Of a stretch of DNA of 64,000 nt, positions 26,791 through 40,200 are shown piece by piece. The DNA comes from Camelus dromedarius (Eukaryota): positions 4,652,001 to 4,716,000 of the forward strand of contig NC_087446.1 in assembly GCF_036321535.1 (NCBI RefSeq), in the 5' to 3' direction. A program made the translations under genes and the position numbers. Below the pieces are notes generated by a model that was not told the origin of the DNA, ran no database searches, and saw nothing but the letters and a program-made list of their open reading frames with translations. Position 1 is the stretch's first letter. Every line of letters begins with the position of its first letter.

Positions 26791-29373
26791 CCCCTGCAAG
26801 GACTAGCTGTCCCTATACCCACGTGCCATGCGCTTTTCATAAATGGTCTTATTTAACCATCGCAGGAAGGTGGGCTTTTTTAGAGGATGAAACTGAGGCC
26901 TAGAGAGTGAGTGACTTACCCTATATCCAGGTGGGACCCAAACACGGGAGAGTGTGACATGGCTCCCTCCCTCCCACCATCTGGCTCTTGGCCACCTCTG
27001 AGTAATGCCCACATTTTCCAGGGACTGGGGAGAGGAGGCGAAGTGGATGATGGCTCAGAAGCCTTCTGAGCCTGGATTCCCCTCTTTGGGCAGTTTTAGA
27101 AGTGGGTGGGGCGTACATAACAGGCTGCTTACCAGGTATCTGAGTGAGAGAAATTCAAAACAGTGCCCAGCTGTTACCAGGCAAGACACCGCGTGCCCTG
27201 GGCTCAGTGCCCTCACGCCCAGCTCTTGGGGCCCAGGAAACCTGCCTCTGGCTACCAAAATGAGACCCTTTGTGGGTCTCGCTGACCTCCAGCTCAGACT
27301 CAAAGGCTGATTTGGGTGTGAAAACTTGGACAGAGATTTCCAAAGAGACTGAGCAAATTTTAAGCACAAATCACACAATTGGGACACAGTCACAATCCAT
27401 TCTGCTGGTTCCATGAACCTCATTTTTCTCATCTGTAAAATGAGGATAGCAGTTCTTGAGGCAAAATGGAATGGACTTCATGAATAAAGCGCGGGCCTGG
27501 CACACCGCAAACTGAGTAACCTAGCATTTCCTCCTTGTTCTCTCGAGTAAGCTTCCTCTAAAAGGTACATCATGAGGTTGACCTGCAGGATGCAAGGAGA
27601 GCCCTGACGCAAGTACTTGAGAGCCTGTTGTGTACAGGGTGACAGAGGACACCTCCGGAGCACAGTCACAGGTTTGCCCTCAAACACACCATCCCTGGCA
27701 GTCGCTGTGTACGTGAGCATTAAAGGCTCTGAGAAATCCTGCAGCATGTATGCCTGTTTCTCTTTCTTTAATCCAGTATTTCCTGAATTTCTTCTGTTGT
27801 AAAGACTTTTTGGTCTTGGTTTTTTAAGTTTTCTGCGGCTCTCAGTGGTGCTGTTCACCAGAATTTCTGGTGTTCCTCTTTTGGGCAAAGGGTAGAATTG
27901 CATTCCGACGCCCCCAGCCGTGTGACTATCTTTGGTCAACAATTAGGGGCTGAAGGGAGAGGTGGCACTTCTGGATGGAAACCTTTGAGCACCATATTCT
28001 TCCCCACCCTGACCCCAACCCTCCCGAGGCTGGGACAGGTCTGCCGGGCACGTAGTACGAGTGAGAAGTAAACCTTCTGGGGGTCGGGGAGTCTTTGGCA
28101 AGCACAGCATAAGCCGGCCTGTGCTAACTGATGGAGTCACCTGGTGACATCTGTGGGGACACCAGTGTTCCAGAACACGTGGTTTATGAAGTGCTGATCT
28201 GGCCCCCCAGATGGAGAAATGCAGTTTAGTGACTACAACGGTTCCCTTCGTAACATGAAACCCCAAGTCTCAGAGGCCACAAGGAAGGGGTGCTGGGTCT
28301 TCATGGGTCCCCACTCAGGTCACCCTGACTCTTAGTTTGAGGCACCCCATGGTGTGGCCTCCCTGGGGCTGTGGCCTGTCTCTTTATTCCTCTCCCTGAG
28401 GTGTGGGGCTCGCCTCCATCACCCGTCTCCCCAGCCCCTGACATCTGAGGAGCAAAGGTGGGCCAGTGAGAGGACAGAGCACCGGGTGCTTGCACGAGGC
28501 GGAGGCCCAGGGTGTGCGGCAGGGTGACAAGGACCAGGTCCGAGCTGCTGGTGGTACTGTGGAAGAAATGTGCGGGAGGGTGTGGCCTGGGGAGGCAGGA
28601 GGACGGCAGCTTCTCTGTGCTGGCGGTGTGGGAGGGAATGACCAGGTCTGGGCCTGAGGCAGGTGCAGGCCGCCAGACCCTGCCAGGAAGTTGTTGCTGT
28701 GGCCCATGGCAGTGTGGGGTGCTGACCAGGGGCCAGTCTCCAGAGATAGTAAGTGGAGGTGGAGACAGCGGGATCGGGACCAGCTGGAGGAGAGGGTGCA
28801 TCTTGGTTCCTCGGATTTTGTTGGGCAGCCAGCCAGGGGTAGGTAGAGGGGTGAGTGGGTCCTCACCCAAGCCAGACCCGGGGTCCTCCAGGTGTGTGAG
28901 CCAGGCCTCCCACGAGTGGCTGTGCGCACTTGGCAGAGCAGGCACATCCGATCCTTGGGGAAGAGCCTGGTACCCAGGCTGGAGTCGCAGAGTCCAGGGT
29001 CCCAGAGGAAGAGGGATCTGGGAAGGGGGGCGGTCTGGCCCTCAGTGTCCAGGACAGAGCATGTGGAGGCCACCTAGCCTGGCAGGGCCAACTAGGGCAG
29101 TGGGACCGTAAACCTTGGTGGTGGGGGCTGGCAGGAGAGTTTAAAGGAGCTTGGCTGTGAGGGAAGGAAAGCAAAACTGTGGCTCCTTGCAAAGGATGCA
29201 GAGACAAGGAAAAGCGCTTTAAAAATCACATGTATTATGAATTATTTTCTGACGATAGTAATACATAGAAATTTAACAAAAAATATAATCATGAATAATG
29301 GCATGATGGGAAGCGCTGTGTTTTGGCACAGATTCTTTCCGTCTCTGTTCTATAGGTGTGCACGCTCACACAT

Positions 29374-31183
29374 TTTATTCGCTTAACAAGACTGGGCTCA
29401 TGCTTTGCATCAAGTTTTGCTGTCTGTTTACCAAATAGACTGCTGCTCCCTGGCATTCAGTAGACTGCACTCTGAGCATTGCTGATAGCGGAGTATTCCA
29501 AAGATCTGGCCTTGGTCGGGGGGTGGGGATGTGGGGGGGTGACTTCTGGGCCCAGCCAAAGAGGAGGAGTCGGGGTAGCATTTAAGGCACAGGTGGGAGG
29601 AGAGCCTTGGCCATTTCTTGAGAAAGTACCAGACTTCCTTGTCTTCATGCACATTTTTTAAAAATTGTAAAACATGCTCATTATAAGAAGGTTGAATAAT
29701 TGCAAAAAGTAGTAAGAAAATAAGTCCTGTGAAAGCCTATCAGCCGTTTAACATACTTCTTTCCTTGTAACGATCACAGAACCAGGGTACAGTGTCTGTC
29801 TAAACGGAAATACACGGGTTATTGCGAAATACTGCTGAAGTGCGTTGTGTGTGTTTAGGCCTATGCTGTGGTTCTGACAGCAAAGGCAGTTGGGAAACCT
29901 GAGAGTCTGGCGCCAGGGCAGGCATGAGGGTGTGTCACCGGGAGTCCAGGTGGGTGTCAGGCACGTGTGGCCTCCCCCACTGAGGCCAGCTCTTTGTTTT
30001 GTGGCCGAGTGGCTGGGCGAGTCCCCCGCCCACCCCCCTCGCCTCACCTGGGGAGCAAGCACTACCACAACAGGAGGCCCCCGGAAACGCAAGGAGACGG
30101 CCAGGAGCCCCCGAGCGGGGCTCCTCTGCACTGTGTGATGACCCTGTATTTTCACAAGCACTCCCTGCCTTCTAGGTGTTCACGTAGAGTCTAGACCCAG
30201 AACCACCTTCCCCTCTAAAGGGGATGCCCTCGCAGTGGGGTGCTTTGCCTGAACCTGCCTGTTCTTCGACTCCAGGACATCTCCAAGATGTGGGTGAGAG
30301 TTGCAGCTTTCTGTGCCAACGTTTGGGATTTTGAGCTTATCACTGTTTATTTGCTTTGGGTTATCCTCGAATGCATAAATAAGAAAAACAGACACACACA
30401 GTTCACCTGCGGTCACACTGCGCTGTGCGTGCCCACAGAGTACCGCACCGGAGAGGAGGTGGGTCCCGCCTCCTGCTCGACTCCATTCAAGCTGTGGGGG
30501 CATGGACGACAGGGAGAAGGCCAGTTGAGGACCTGGGGGTGCCATCTTCTGTGCTGGATTTTTTTTAAAGGCTTATTCCATTCACATCTCACTGATTCCC
30601 ATAATACATAATTCAACAGATAAAATTTCCTTCTATTTTATGTAAAACTCTTTATCACATATTTAGGTGTAAAAGATGTCCTAGAATATAAATAAGTTCC
30701 TGTCTTTCAATGACCCCTGGCCAGGGGTGTCCTTGGGAGGATGGCACCCCCCTTGCCCTGCACTGACTGCTTCCTATACAGAGAGATGGGATCACACTTT
30801 TCTCTTCCTTCCAACCCCCAAGATGCACAAAGGACAGCCCAGCCCCCAGCCACAAGGTCCCCCCAGCCCAAACTCTGGCCATTTAGGAACTTTCACCGGG
30901 ACAGCTGAGCGGGCTGAAAGGCGAGTTGGTGGCGGACCCTCCATGCTGGTCTTCCTCATGCAGTTTCCCAACCGTTGGAGCCCACCTCCGATGCATACAC
31001 ATTAGGCTTCCTTAAGCCCTGGACCACCTCCTACACCCTACACCCAAAGTGGCATCCCAGCTATTTGTGAAACAAATATATTGCTTTTGGTTTCAATAAA
31101 TTCATCACAGAGGCCATTTTCTATATATCACAGAGGTCAGCTTCGGCCTCTGCTGGACAGTCCACAGGGCGGGCGTCTGGGTC
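29374..31183 (-). other. Probable PNPLA3 3' UTR, with candidate AATAAA signals at 30346-30351 and 29374-29379
   Basis: Follows the stop codon. The AT-rich block at ~30560-30700 resembles the human PNPLA3 3' UTR as I recall it. TTTATT on the plus strand at both sites. The true 3' end cannot be fixed from sequence alone. Confidence 0.5.
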
Positions 31184-31268
31184 CTAGGAGGAGCACAGAG
31201 GCCAGGGGTGCCCATCATGTTCTGGTTTGTGGCAGTCAGGCTGTTGGTCCCTCACTGGTGTTTGGGAT
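31184..31268 (-). CDS. PNPLA3: PNPLA3 exon 9 coding part (85 nt including TAG)
   Basis: Acceptor tgtttcag, then SQTPVRDQQPDCHKPEHDGHPWPLCSS*, resembling the start of human exon 9 (SQMPVSSQQ...). Confidence 0.85.
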
Positions 31269-34200
31269 CTGAAACAGATGAATTCTAAGTCAGCCACTGA
31301 CCTGCTGCCCTGAAGTCTTCAGTGTCAGGGAGGACGAATGGACACTGCCAGGGATGCCAAGCACACCGCCACATGCTTTGGGACCTGCGGGGTGGCCCAG
31401 CCCCAGACCACAACTGCCTCAGCCCCCAGGGCTGCTGTCACCATCCCGGGCCTCCAAAACCTGTGGCCCTCCCAGCCACCTGGACACCTTGCACTGGCTA
31501 TTCACGGGCACAGAGGAGCCCATCCGTTTCCTCCACACAAACCAGCTCACCTGCCAGGGCGCGCTACTGCAGCCCGCACGGCCGTCCCCCAGGCCGCCGC
31601 CTCCTGCCCCACTCCCTGGAGGATGGGCAGGCACCAGGGCTCACAACCGACACCTCCTTTTGGCCCAGAGCCTCTGGAAGCCTCTCAGTCCTAAAGCATC
31701 TCTTGAGAGCAAGACCTGCTCCTTGCTGGGCCAGCGCAGCTGCCCCCTCACGGGTGACCCCGCCGCCTCCACGTGGCCACTTCCCAGTGCACACTGGGTC
31801 CTTCCACAGCCTGCTTTAAACCCTTCCATGTCTGCTGACAGCACTAACAGCTGTGGCCTTGTCTCCCGAGTGCCCCCACGTGTCTGGTAATGTGCTAGGG
31901 GCTCCCCAAAGCCTCATGGACGCCCCGTGAGGAGAGGAGCACCCCCCCCAACGAACGGGAGGAGGCCGAGACCCACGATGTTCAGGGTAAGGTCCAGCCC
32001 TTGTGACTGGAACAAGGCTCTGCTTGCTGAGTTAGTTTTCAGAACCCCAAAAGTAGCAGCAGCATCCAGACCATGGGAAGCACACAGATTGCCGAGTTCC
32101 TTCCCGAGGGACTGTGGTTCAGCAAGTCTGAGGTTAGACGGGAATCTGCATTAACAGGCACCTCGCCCCCAATTGGGGCCCCACCTCTCCATGCCCCACC
32201 TACTCCCTGTGCTGCCGGCATCCCCAGCTACTTCCCCTAGGCAACCAGTGCTCTCTGACGCTCGCTGACCTGCACCTGTAGGGACCTGCCCTTCCTCTGC
32301 TTCATCGTCCAGCTCTCTCTTCCGCCATCAAAACTGGGCTCAGTGGACACGCCTCCTCGCCCCTCCCCGGGCTTCACCGTGCCCTGTGCAGCTAAGTCTT
32401 GACTATCTTTCAGCAGAGGCACTGGCACCTCTGATTGGCTCAGCTGTCCCTGGTAAGACAGTGTCCCCTGTGATACAGGATAAACTCCTTGCCACCTACT
32501 GGGGCCCAAAGACATTTCTAGAATGGCATGTGAGGCCTGAGCAGATAGGAGGGTGCCTGTGGGACACACACACCCATAGGCACGTTGTTTACCTGGAAGT
32601 GGGGAGTAGGTACGCCACCACTCGGGAGCAAACCCGGGACGCCGCCCACTGCAGCCACTGGATGTCGTCAGGCACGTGTGGAAGCCACATCACCAGTCTG
32701 GGGGAATAAAACAGAGAGACAACACATCATGTGAGCACAGAGACGGGCCGAAGCAAAAAGAACAAAACAAAAACCAAACCAAAGGGAGGTATCTTACAAC
32801 AATACCACCGGGTCCAGGTAAACCACCAGGGTCACTTCTAACCCCAATCTGAGAAATTCCCGAAGACAAGCCTGCCTAAAACCCCTAAGCAAAGGAAGGC
32901 CGCTTTTGACTCGGGAAAGCTGAACATAGAAGTAAAAGGAAAAGGCCTTGGTTTTCCAGGATCTGACCCATCTGTGGCCACCGATGCAGAGCATCCTGGG
33001 GTCGACATGTCCCGCCCAGCAGCACATGTGAGCCCAGCAGAGGAAGCAGCTAAGGAGGCCTGACTGCAGCCCTCCACAGCACAAAAGGACCCCACGCCTC
33101 GGGCTTCGGGAAATGCAGAAACAGACCTCGATGCAGGGCAAGGCCGTGTGGGAGCAGGTGGCTAGTTGAGTAGAGCCAGGAAGGGACCTGGGAAGGTTCA
33201 TGAAAGCCAGAGAACTGAGCTGGATTTTGAAGGATGGTTTGGACTTTAAAAGATGGACTGAAGGACATATTTGCTAAAAGGAAAGTAAACCCAAAGTGAA
33301 TCTGAAGAGGGCCGAGGGGAACAATACGCAGAAATAAAGCAGGCACAGACGTTTGCCTCGGATCCCTCCCAGCACAGCATGAATGAACTCCCCAAGTACA
33401 AGTGCAGACCTAGAAGAAGGGACAAACCTAGCACAGCAATGAAGAGGAGGTGGGACGGGCTGGGGCTCACCGGTGAGGCACCTTTCGGGGGCGTTCTACA
33501 CAGACACAAAGTCACCTGAAACACTCACCTCTGGACCACAGCAATCGCAGACTCCATGGGCAGCGTACAGGGCAGCATCATGTAGGACATCACCCTAACA
33601 GGGAAGGAGTTGCAGATCTTGCTTATGAACCCATCTTGCTTTCTAACTGCTTCTCTCAGTGCTGAAAATACAATTTAGACATCTTGTCTCCCACCAGCAT
33701 AAAAATCAGCCTATCTTCCCCACATAGTGCTTGGAATTTCTGTGAAATAGATCCTGGCAGCGGAAAAAGCAGCTTTCACAAATGAGATCAAATGGGGAAT
33801 GTGCCCAAATAGCCCTTTGATCGCCTACTGGGTACAGGGTCCTAGTGAACGGCTCTCTTTTAAACTGACTATCTCAGGAGGCTTAACTGCTCAAAACACC
33901 CCCTACACCGACTTCAGAAGCTCTGCTTTGCACCTTCAGCTGGATTCCATCTCTTCGGCCTGGAATCTCCTAGCCTTCTACTTCCCCTTTGTAATGGCAT
34001 CGTGATGCCTCAAATCACATTAACCTGGGCAGCTGCCGGTTAGTGCAACTCCTACGGTGTAAGTGCCTCAGGGGCAAGAAATGGGATCCAGTTCATCTTT
34101 GAATTTCCCCAAATGTCCCCAAGTGACTGAGAGCTGGATGGTGCACACATCTGTCCATCAGATAGCTGATGACCCGATCAAATGCACCAGCTTCAAAGAA

Positions 34201-37200
34201 GGTTCAAAACTGTGGTTTGGGGGGAGGGAGAAATTAGGAGGGCCCTTCTAGAGTGACGGCTTTGAGATGGGTGGACAGGCAGAGAATGGTGTTCTCAAAG
34301 AACAGGCCACCCCCAGAGTCCCCCGAAATCTGGTGTGCCTGGACCTTGGGAGCAGAGGGCACTGCAGGTTAACTCAAAGCTCAGCTGGAGTTTGTTTTCC
34401 TCTGGCCGTGACCCCCTGGGAAGGGAGACTGAGCCAGGACCCAGGTGGACAGGAGGCCTGTGCTGGGAGGTGGGGGCCCCGGTGGGCCTGCTATGGTTGT
34501 TCCACCCCATCTCTTCCCACAGGGCGGCATTACCTCCCTCTAACACACAGGAAAACCACCCTTTCCGCCTCTTGCGGGGTCACAGAGAACAGCCTCCTCT
34601 GCTGTCCACCTCCCCTCCCCGGAGAGCCAGCACCTATCAGGAACTTGGGCGACAGGGTCTCCAGGAGGCTCTCATCCCAGTGCAGGATGCCGAGGCACAG
34701 GTGGTCCAGCAGCTCGTCTCCCTGGGGCCTCGCCTCCCAGGCGGCCACCCCGGGGGAAGTCTCCAGGCTCACAGGTTCCCCGGGGAGCTCAGGGACTTCC
34801 GACTCTCCCAAGGATGCATTCAGGCATGGCTGGGGCCTGACACAGATGCCTCCGAAGGACATGGAAACAAACCCATCAGGTGAATTCAGGCAGCGAGGTC
34901 ATCACTCACCCACCCACCTGCCCACCAAACCCGGGAAGCGGCAGGCCAGTTACTAGGACAAGGCAGGGATCCCCAAGGGCAGGCATTCCTAGCAGGGAGA
35001 AAGTGGGGGCTCTGGTTGTGTGGGCTCTGTGGCCACATGGGATTCATGAGGTTGAAAGATAAGGATTATAACCCATTTATAATAACTGAACCGCTGGTTA
35101 AGTCAGCATTCCAGGCCCTGTGGCAGCTGTTCAATTGCTACCATCATCATCGTCTCCGCTTTTCAACTGAGGACTCAGAAGCACAGAGAGGTTAAGAAAT
35201 TCTTCCAAAGCCACACAGCCAGTACGTGGCAGGGCGCGATTCAAATGTAGGTCTGATGTCAAAGGTGGTACCCTTCCATCACACGGCCTTGAAAGAAGCA
35301 TTAGGTAAGGGAGTTTGTGCACCACTGCCCTAGGTGTCAGTGTGCAGTAGCTGATAGAAGGAGTGGTTCCTGCTCAGAATTGGCAGGCTGGCTCGGGGCA
35401 GCGGGACGGGTAGTTTCGGATGCCCACAACTGCTTCCTATCTCAGGTTAAAAGACCAGGCATGGCTCTGGGATGCCCACACCTTGCTCCCAGGTTACACG
35501 TCCCAGTTACACTCCCCCAGATCTCTCCAGCCTCTGTTAGACACACAGCTCACCCTCTGGGACTTCATTTTTCCCTTAAAGTTTCAAGGACTCTGTTCCC
35601 AGAGCACACCTGTCTCACCCTGACTTGTCCTCTGCAGGAGGCCAGCCTGGCCGAGGGAGGACCTCGCTTAGATCATTAAACCCAAACCCAGCCCCCATGC
35701 TGCCAACACCCACCCACATGCCAGTCCTTAGAATGACTGACAATTGCCTGGACATCATTTAATCCAAATGCCTTTGCTACAGATGTGGAAACAGAGGCCC
35801 AGGGAGGGGAGATGGCTTATCCAAAGGCACCTAGTAACTTCTATAAGATCTATCACCATTATATATTCGCAGATTGCCCCCCAACTCCACCCCCATTCCA
35901 GACTGCTCTTCAGAACCTCAGACTTTGACATCATTGTGCCTCTTGCACAACCACCCAAAAATGCACCTGGGTATCGCACACCCATACATCACACACAGGG
36001 CACACCAGCTTTCCTGCAGAACCCACGGCCCCGCAAGAGCACTGAGCCATGAGCAGAACCCTCTCCTCCCACAGCCACCCTGTCCCCACGGCAGAAGCCA
36101 GAGCCCAGGACTTCATCCCTGAGTCTTCCCCCTCCTGAATCTCTGATTGGTCACCCCCAGGTCCTGTTCCCTTGGGCTCCTTCCGCCACCTCTGCTGCCC
36201 CGACCCCAGCCAAGCCTACGGCTGCCTTCTTGGCCTCCTGGATGCTGCTCTCACCCTCTCTGCACTGCAGCGAGGGGACCTTCCAGAGCTCTCCTCTGAC
36301 TGCCCTCACTCCTGGTTCGGCAGCCCTCCACAGCTCCCTATTGCTGTGGGCCCGGCCTTGCCCCTCCACTCTTCACTGATCGCCATTCCTGCCCCTCTCC
36401 TCTCTGTCCCCCACCCCCACACCCATTACTCCAGTTACACAAGTTACATTTTCTGGTACCGTTTGGACCAAGCCTGCACCTACGAAACCAACATCTAGAA
36501 TGATTCCCAAACCCATGACCGTCACGGCCCAGCCGTCACTCCCCACAGAGGGGGGGCCTTCAAATACCACAACTGGAAGACCTTCCCTGGCCAGTCTTTC
36601 CAAAGGAAGAAATCTCAGGACACACTTTGGCCTAAAACAAGGCCAGAAAATAACCAGGCATGTTCAGCCATGCCTTAGCTATTAAGAGAGTTTTGCCTGG
36701 AGTCCCAAAATGACTAGAGGTGTGGACATAGCAGTGTCTCCTAAATCGTTGCCCAACAATCCTAGGGAGGAGGTAGGAAGGCATCAAAAACCGCACTGGC
36801 AGAAAGGGAAATGGGACACAGTGTCAGAGATCTTTAGCTAAGACTGAGGAGGGAGGAAGCAGGTGACTGTTTTTCACTCCAGGGACATCTTCAAGCCCAG
36901 TTACTCCTCTGTCATACAGAATTTTCCCTCTGCTCCGAACTTCACAACTTTCTGAGTTTGTGGAACCCTAAGAACAGTCTGTTCTAATTTTCAGCAGGTT
37001 GCGTCTGAGTACACACGGTGGGTGACTGTGCACGTACCGTGGCTGGAGCCGCCTGGGGGACATGGAAAGACATTAAGGACAACAATGACAAAGTGTCCCA
37101 CATTTACCAAAGGCTTACACGGGCCAGGCTCCGTGCTGAGACTTCACTGCATCATCGCATGTCATTCCAACAACAGCGCTGTGACCCTGCACTATTATTC

Positions 37201-40200
37201 AGCCTCGTTTTGCAATTCAGTCTCAGAGAGGTGAAGAAATGTGTCCCAGGTGGCCCAGCTACCTCGTGTGGGGAAAGGGACTTGATTCCAGGTTTGCCTG
37301 CCAGGCAGAGGTATAAAGATTTGGGGTGGCCACTTCATCGCTCCAGGCCTCAGTTGTCCCATCTGTAAATAGGGACAATTCTGTGCCTGTTGCGGGGCCG
37401 CTCTGGGGCATGAGTGAGGCTGCAGGTAGCCTGCCTTTGTAACTCGCCCAGCAACGTGAGGACAGCGGTGCTCTTAAAGGGTGAACCGGACGGGCTTCTG
37501 AAGTGCCTGCCTGCTCCCTGCTCCGAGACACTGGGGTGTCATGTCTTCTCGCCAACAGTTGTGACCACCTAAACTGTTTCCAGACATCACCAGATGTTCC
37601 GGGGTTGGGGACACAGTCATCTCTGGTTGACAACCGCTGCCCTGGGGGGAGGCTGCCAGGTGCTCCACTACTAGTAACCACACCATCTCCTTGGTCTTGG
37701 TCAAAGACAAATTCAGAGGACCAATGCATGAACCAACTTTTAGTATCAAAGGAAAAGAGCCCCAAACACACCTAATGTTGGGTCCACTCTGACATTTTGA
37801 GAGCCCAGCTCCTGCAGCCTGGATAAGCCAGCAGGGCTCAAAGGCAGGAACTTGCTCCAGGACAGACAGCTGGGCTGGTGGGCACGGCCCGCACCTGGCT
37901 GGAAGCAACGATTCTGACTGCTTCACACGAGGCCCAAGCCCAGAATCCCTGTTTATCTTCCTTCCTTGTTAAACTAGAGGTTTACAATAGTTCAAGGAGA
38001 AAAGGATAACAAACGACTGCCTTCAGCACGTAGACAGGTGAGTGACGCTGCAGAGGGAGGGTGAGCCCTGGGGCTGTGACAGCCGGGATTCAGAGCCCAG
38101 CCTGACCTCCCAGGGAGTGGAGCGGGGCCCTTGGCTGCCTCTCCGTCTCCCCCACTGTGAAGTGGGGCAAAGATTTCCTGTCTCACGGGGCTAAGGAGAG
38201 AGCTGAGCAAGACACTGGGTGAAGGTGCAGGGCACTGGGTTTTAGAGCCAGCCTCACTCCCCCGTTTACCAAGAGTGCAGACAGAAAGCTCGTGAAAAGG
38301 GCATGTCTATGCCCTCCTCCGACCAGCGCCACACCTACCGTTCTCTTCCAAGAACCTGGCCGCGTCTAAATAGCCTTGAAGGCATATTGCTCCAAGCACC
38401 TGTGAACAAATCAGGGCAGTTGACTGCAGACTCCAAGCTCCGAGCTTCTGCTGTGTGCACAGCTGCAGCGGGGCTGGGCCCAGCTCTGTGCTCCCCAGGG
38501 CTCGGCTCGAACAACCCTGCGTCCTCGGACCCCTTGCTGGCACCTCAGCATGATGGGTGCTGGTTTCTGCGGGCTCCCCTGGTCCCAGATGAGTCTCCAC
38601 CCTAAGAAATCCCGGGGCCTGATCTCCTTGTCCTGAGCCAGTGATAGCTGCTTCTTCTGCTCTTCTGTGTACAAACCAGTCCTGCACAGCCTCCTTTCCC
38701 TGCCGATTTCCTCACCACGTGAGGGCGGTGAGGCCCACTAGCCACAACCACCACCAAAAACCAAAAAAGGTTAAATCACCAAATGCAGCCTTAACCACAG
38801 CCGCAAATAGGAATCATCAGGGTAATTTAAAAAAAAAAAAAATCCTGCTGCCCAGGCTGCCTCTTTGAAACAGAAGGAAAAGGGGCAGAGCACAGCCATT
38901 CAAGGAATGACACAGCAGTTAACACCAAGATGGCGGAGATTCAACTCCCAGCTGGCCTTGAGGCCCGAGGTGGCAGGAGATTTGACTTCCAGGAGACCTT
39001 GAGCTTCATCATACGCTTATTGCAATATATTAACATGGTCAATGGCTCTCCCTCAGGTGCCATCACACTTGCAAGGCTGACCTTGAAAGGTCAAAGAGTG
39101 GGCAGTGGCCCAGCTCCTGGGAATCCCAGCCCCCTCCCCAGGGCAGCTGGAATAACCCTCCCACTTGTGAGCATAGCAAGTTACCATAAAAACTAACAAC
39201 CCTCACACCTCATGGCCTTTCTCTTGCCTTCTGAGACAGCCTGCACTCTGTCTATGGAGTGTGCATCTCTCTGAGTAAATCTACTTTTACTCAACTGTGG
39301 CTCGCTCTTTGATTCTTTCCTGCACAAAGCCGAGGACCCACACTTGGTGGGGTGCATCCTAGGGACTCAGCTGAGGCCTGGGACTGGCCCTCCTCTCTCC
39401 CCACATTCTTTTTCCTGCATCAGTTTCTTAAGCCATAGCCCTGACGTGGGATCTGAGCAGCAGCACTGTAAATGTCCCCAGGGGATTCCAGTGACCAGAG
39501 CAGGCAGCACTGAGCTCCAATTTAATGATGGGGTCTGTTTCTGTTGGTAGGTTCGTTCAGAGAACTGGTGGGTCCCCTGGCAAATAGGGATGCAAAGGAG
39601 AACAGCACCCCCAGAACACACAGCTTCTCTTACGCTGAGATCTGGCGGGAACAGCGTCTGGTACAGCAGGTAGGCATTCTCTGAGCAGCAGCGCAGACTC
39701 AGCGTGGTGAAGTCCACGTGAAGGAAGTTCGTGGACTTGACTTTAGGGCAGATGTCACTCTCCCCATAGAAGGGGGACACAGTGATGGTCGTTTTGGTAT
39801 CAAGGAAAGGTAAGATGTCAGTCATTCCTCCATCCACATATCTCTGTTAAGGGGGGTGCAGAAAGGACACACTGTCAGAAGCCTGGTGTTTTCTGTGTGT
39901 TTCAGATTATGGGCAGAGGCTTCTCAGAGCCGCAGGTGGACACAGTAGGAGGACAGGGCTTTGGAATCACTCACCAAATCCTTACTGAGCATTTCTGGAC
40001 CAGGCCAGGGCCACTCAGGGTTGTTACATGCTGTTGTGTAGTTTACGCACTACACAAAAAGTGCCTGGCCAAAAGGCAGACGGAGGCTGGCATCTGGCCC
40101 AGGTTGTGGTGGCCAAGTCCTCAGCCCAAGTGGGCACCCGTAGGCGTGCCCATGTAATTCACATCAAGAAACCATTTGCCAGGGACGCTGTGTGCAACGG

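Noticed and set aside
28301..29111. Overlapping 199-229 aa ORFs on both strands as an independent gene
   Set aside because: GC-rich sequence, non-ATG starts, no recognisable domain; only the splice-acceptor hypothesis is kept, at low interest.
34267..34956. 229-aa and 182-aa plus-strand ORFs
   Set aside because: Antisense shadows of PNPLA3 exon 6 with no recognisable homology.
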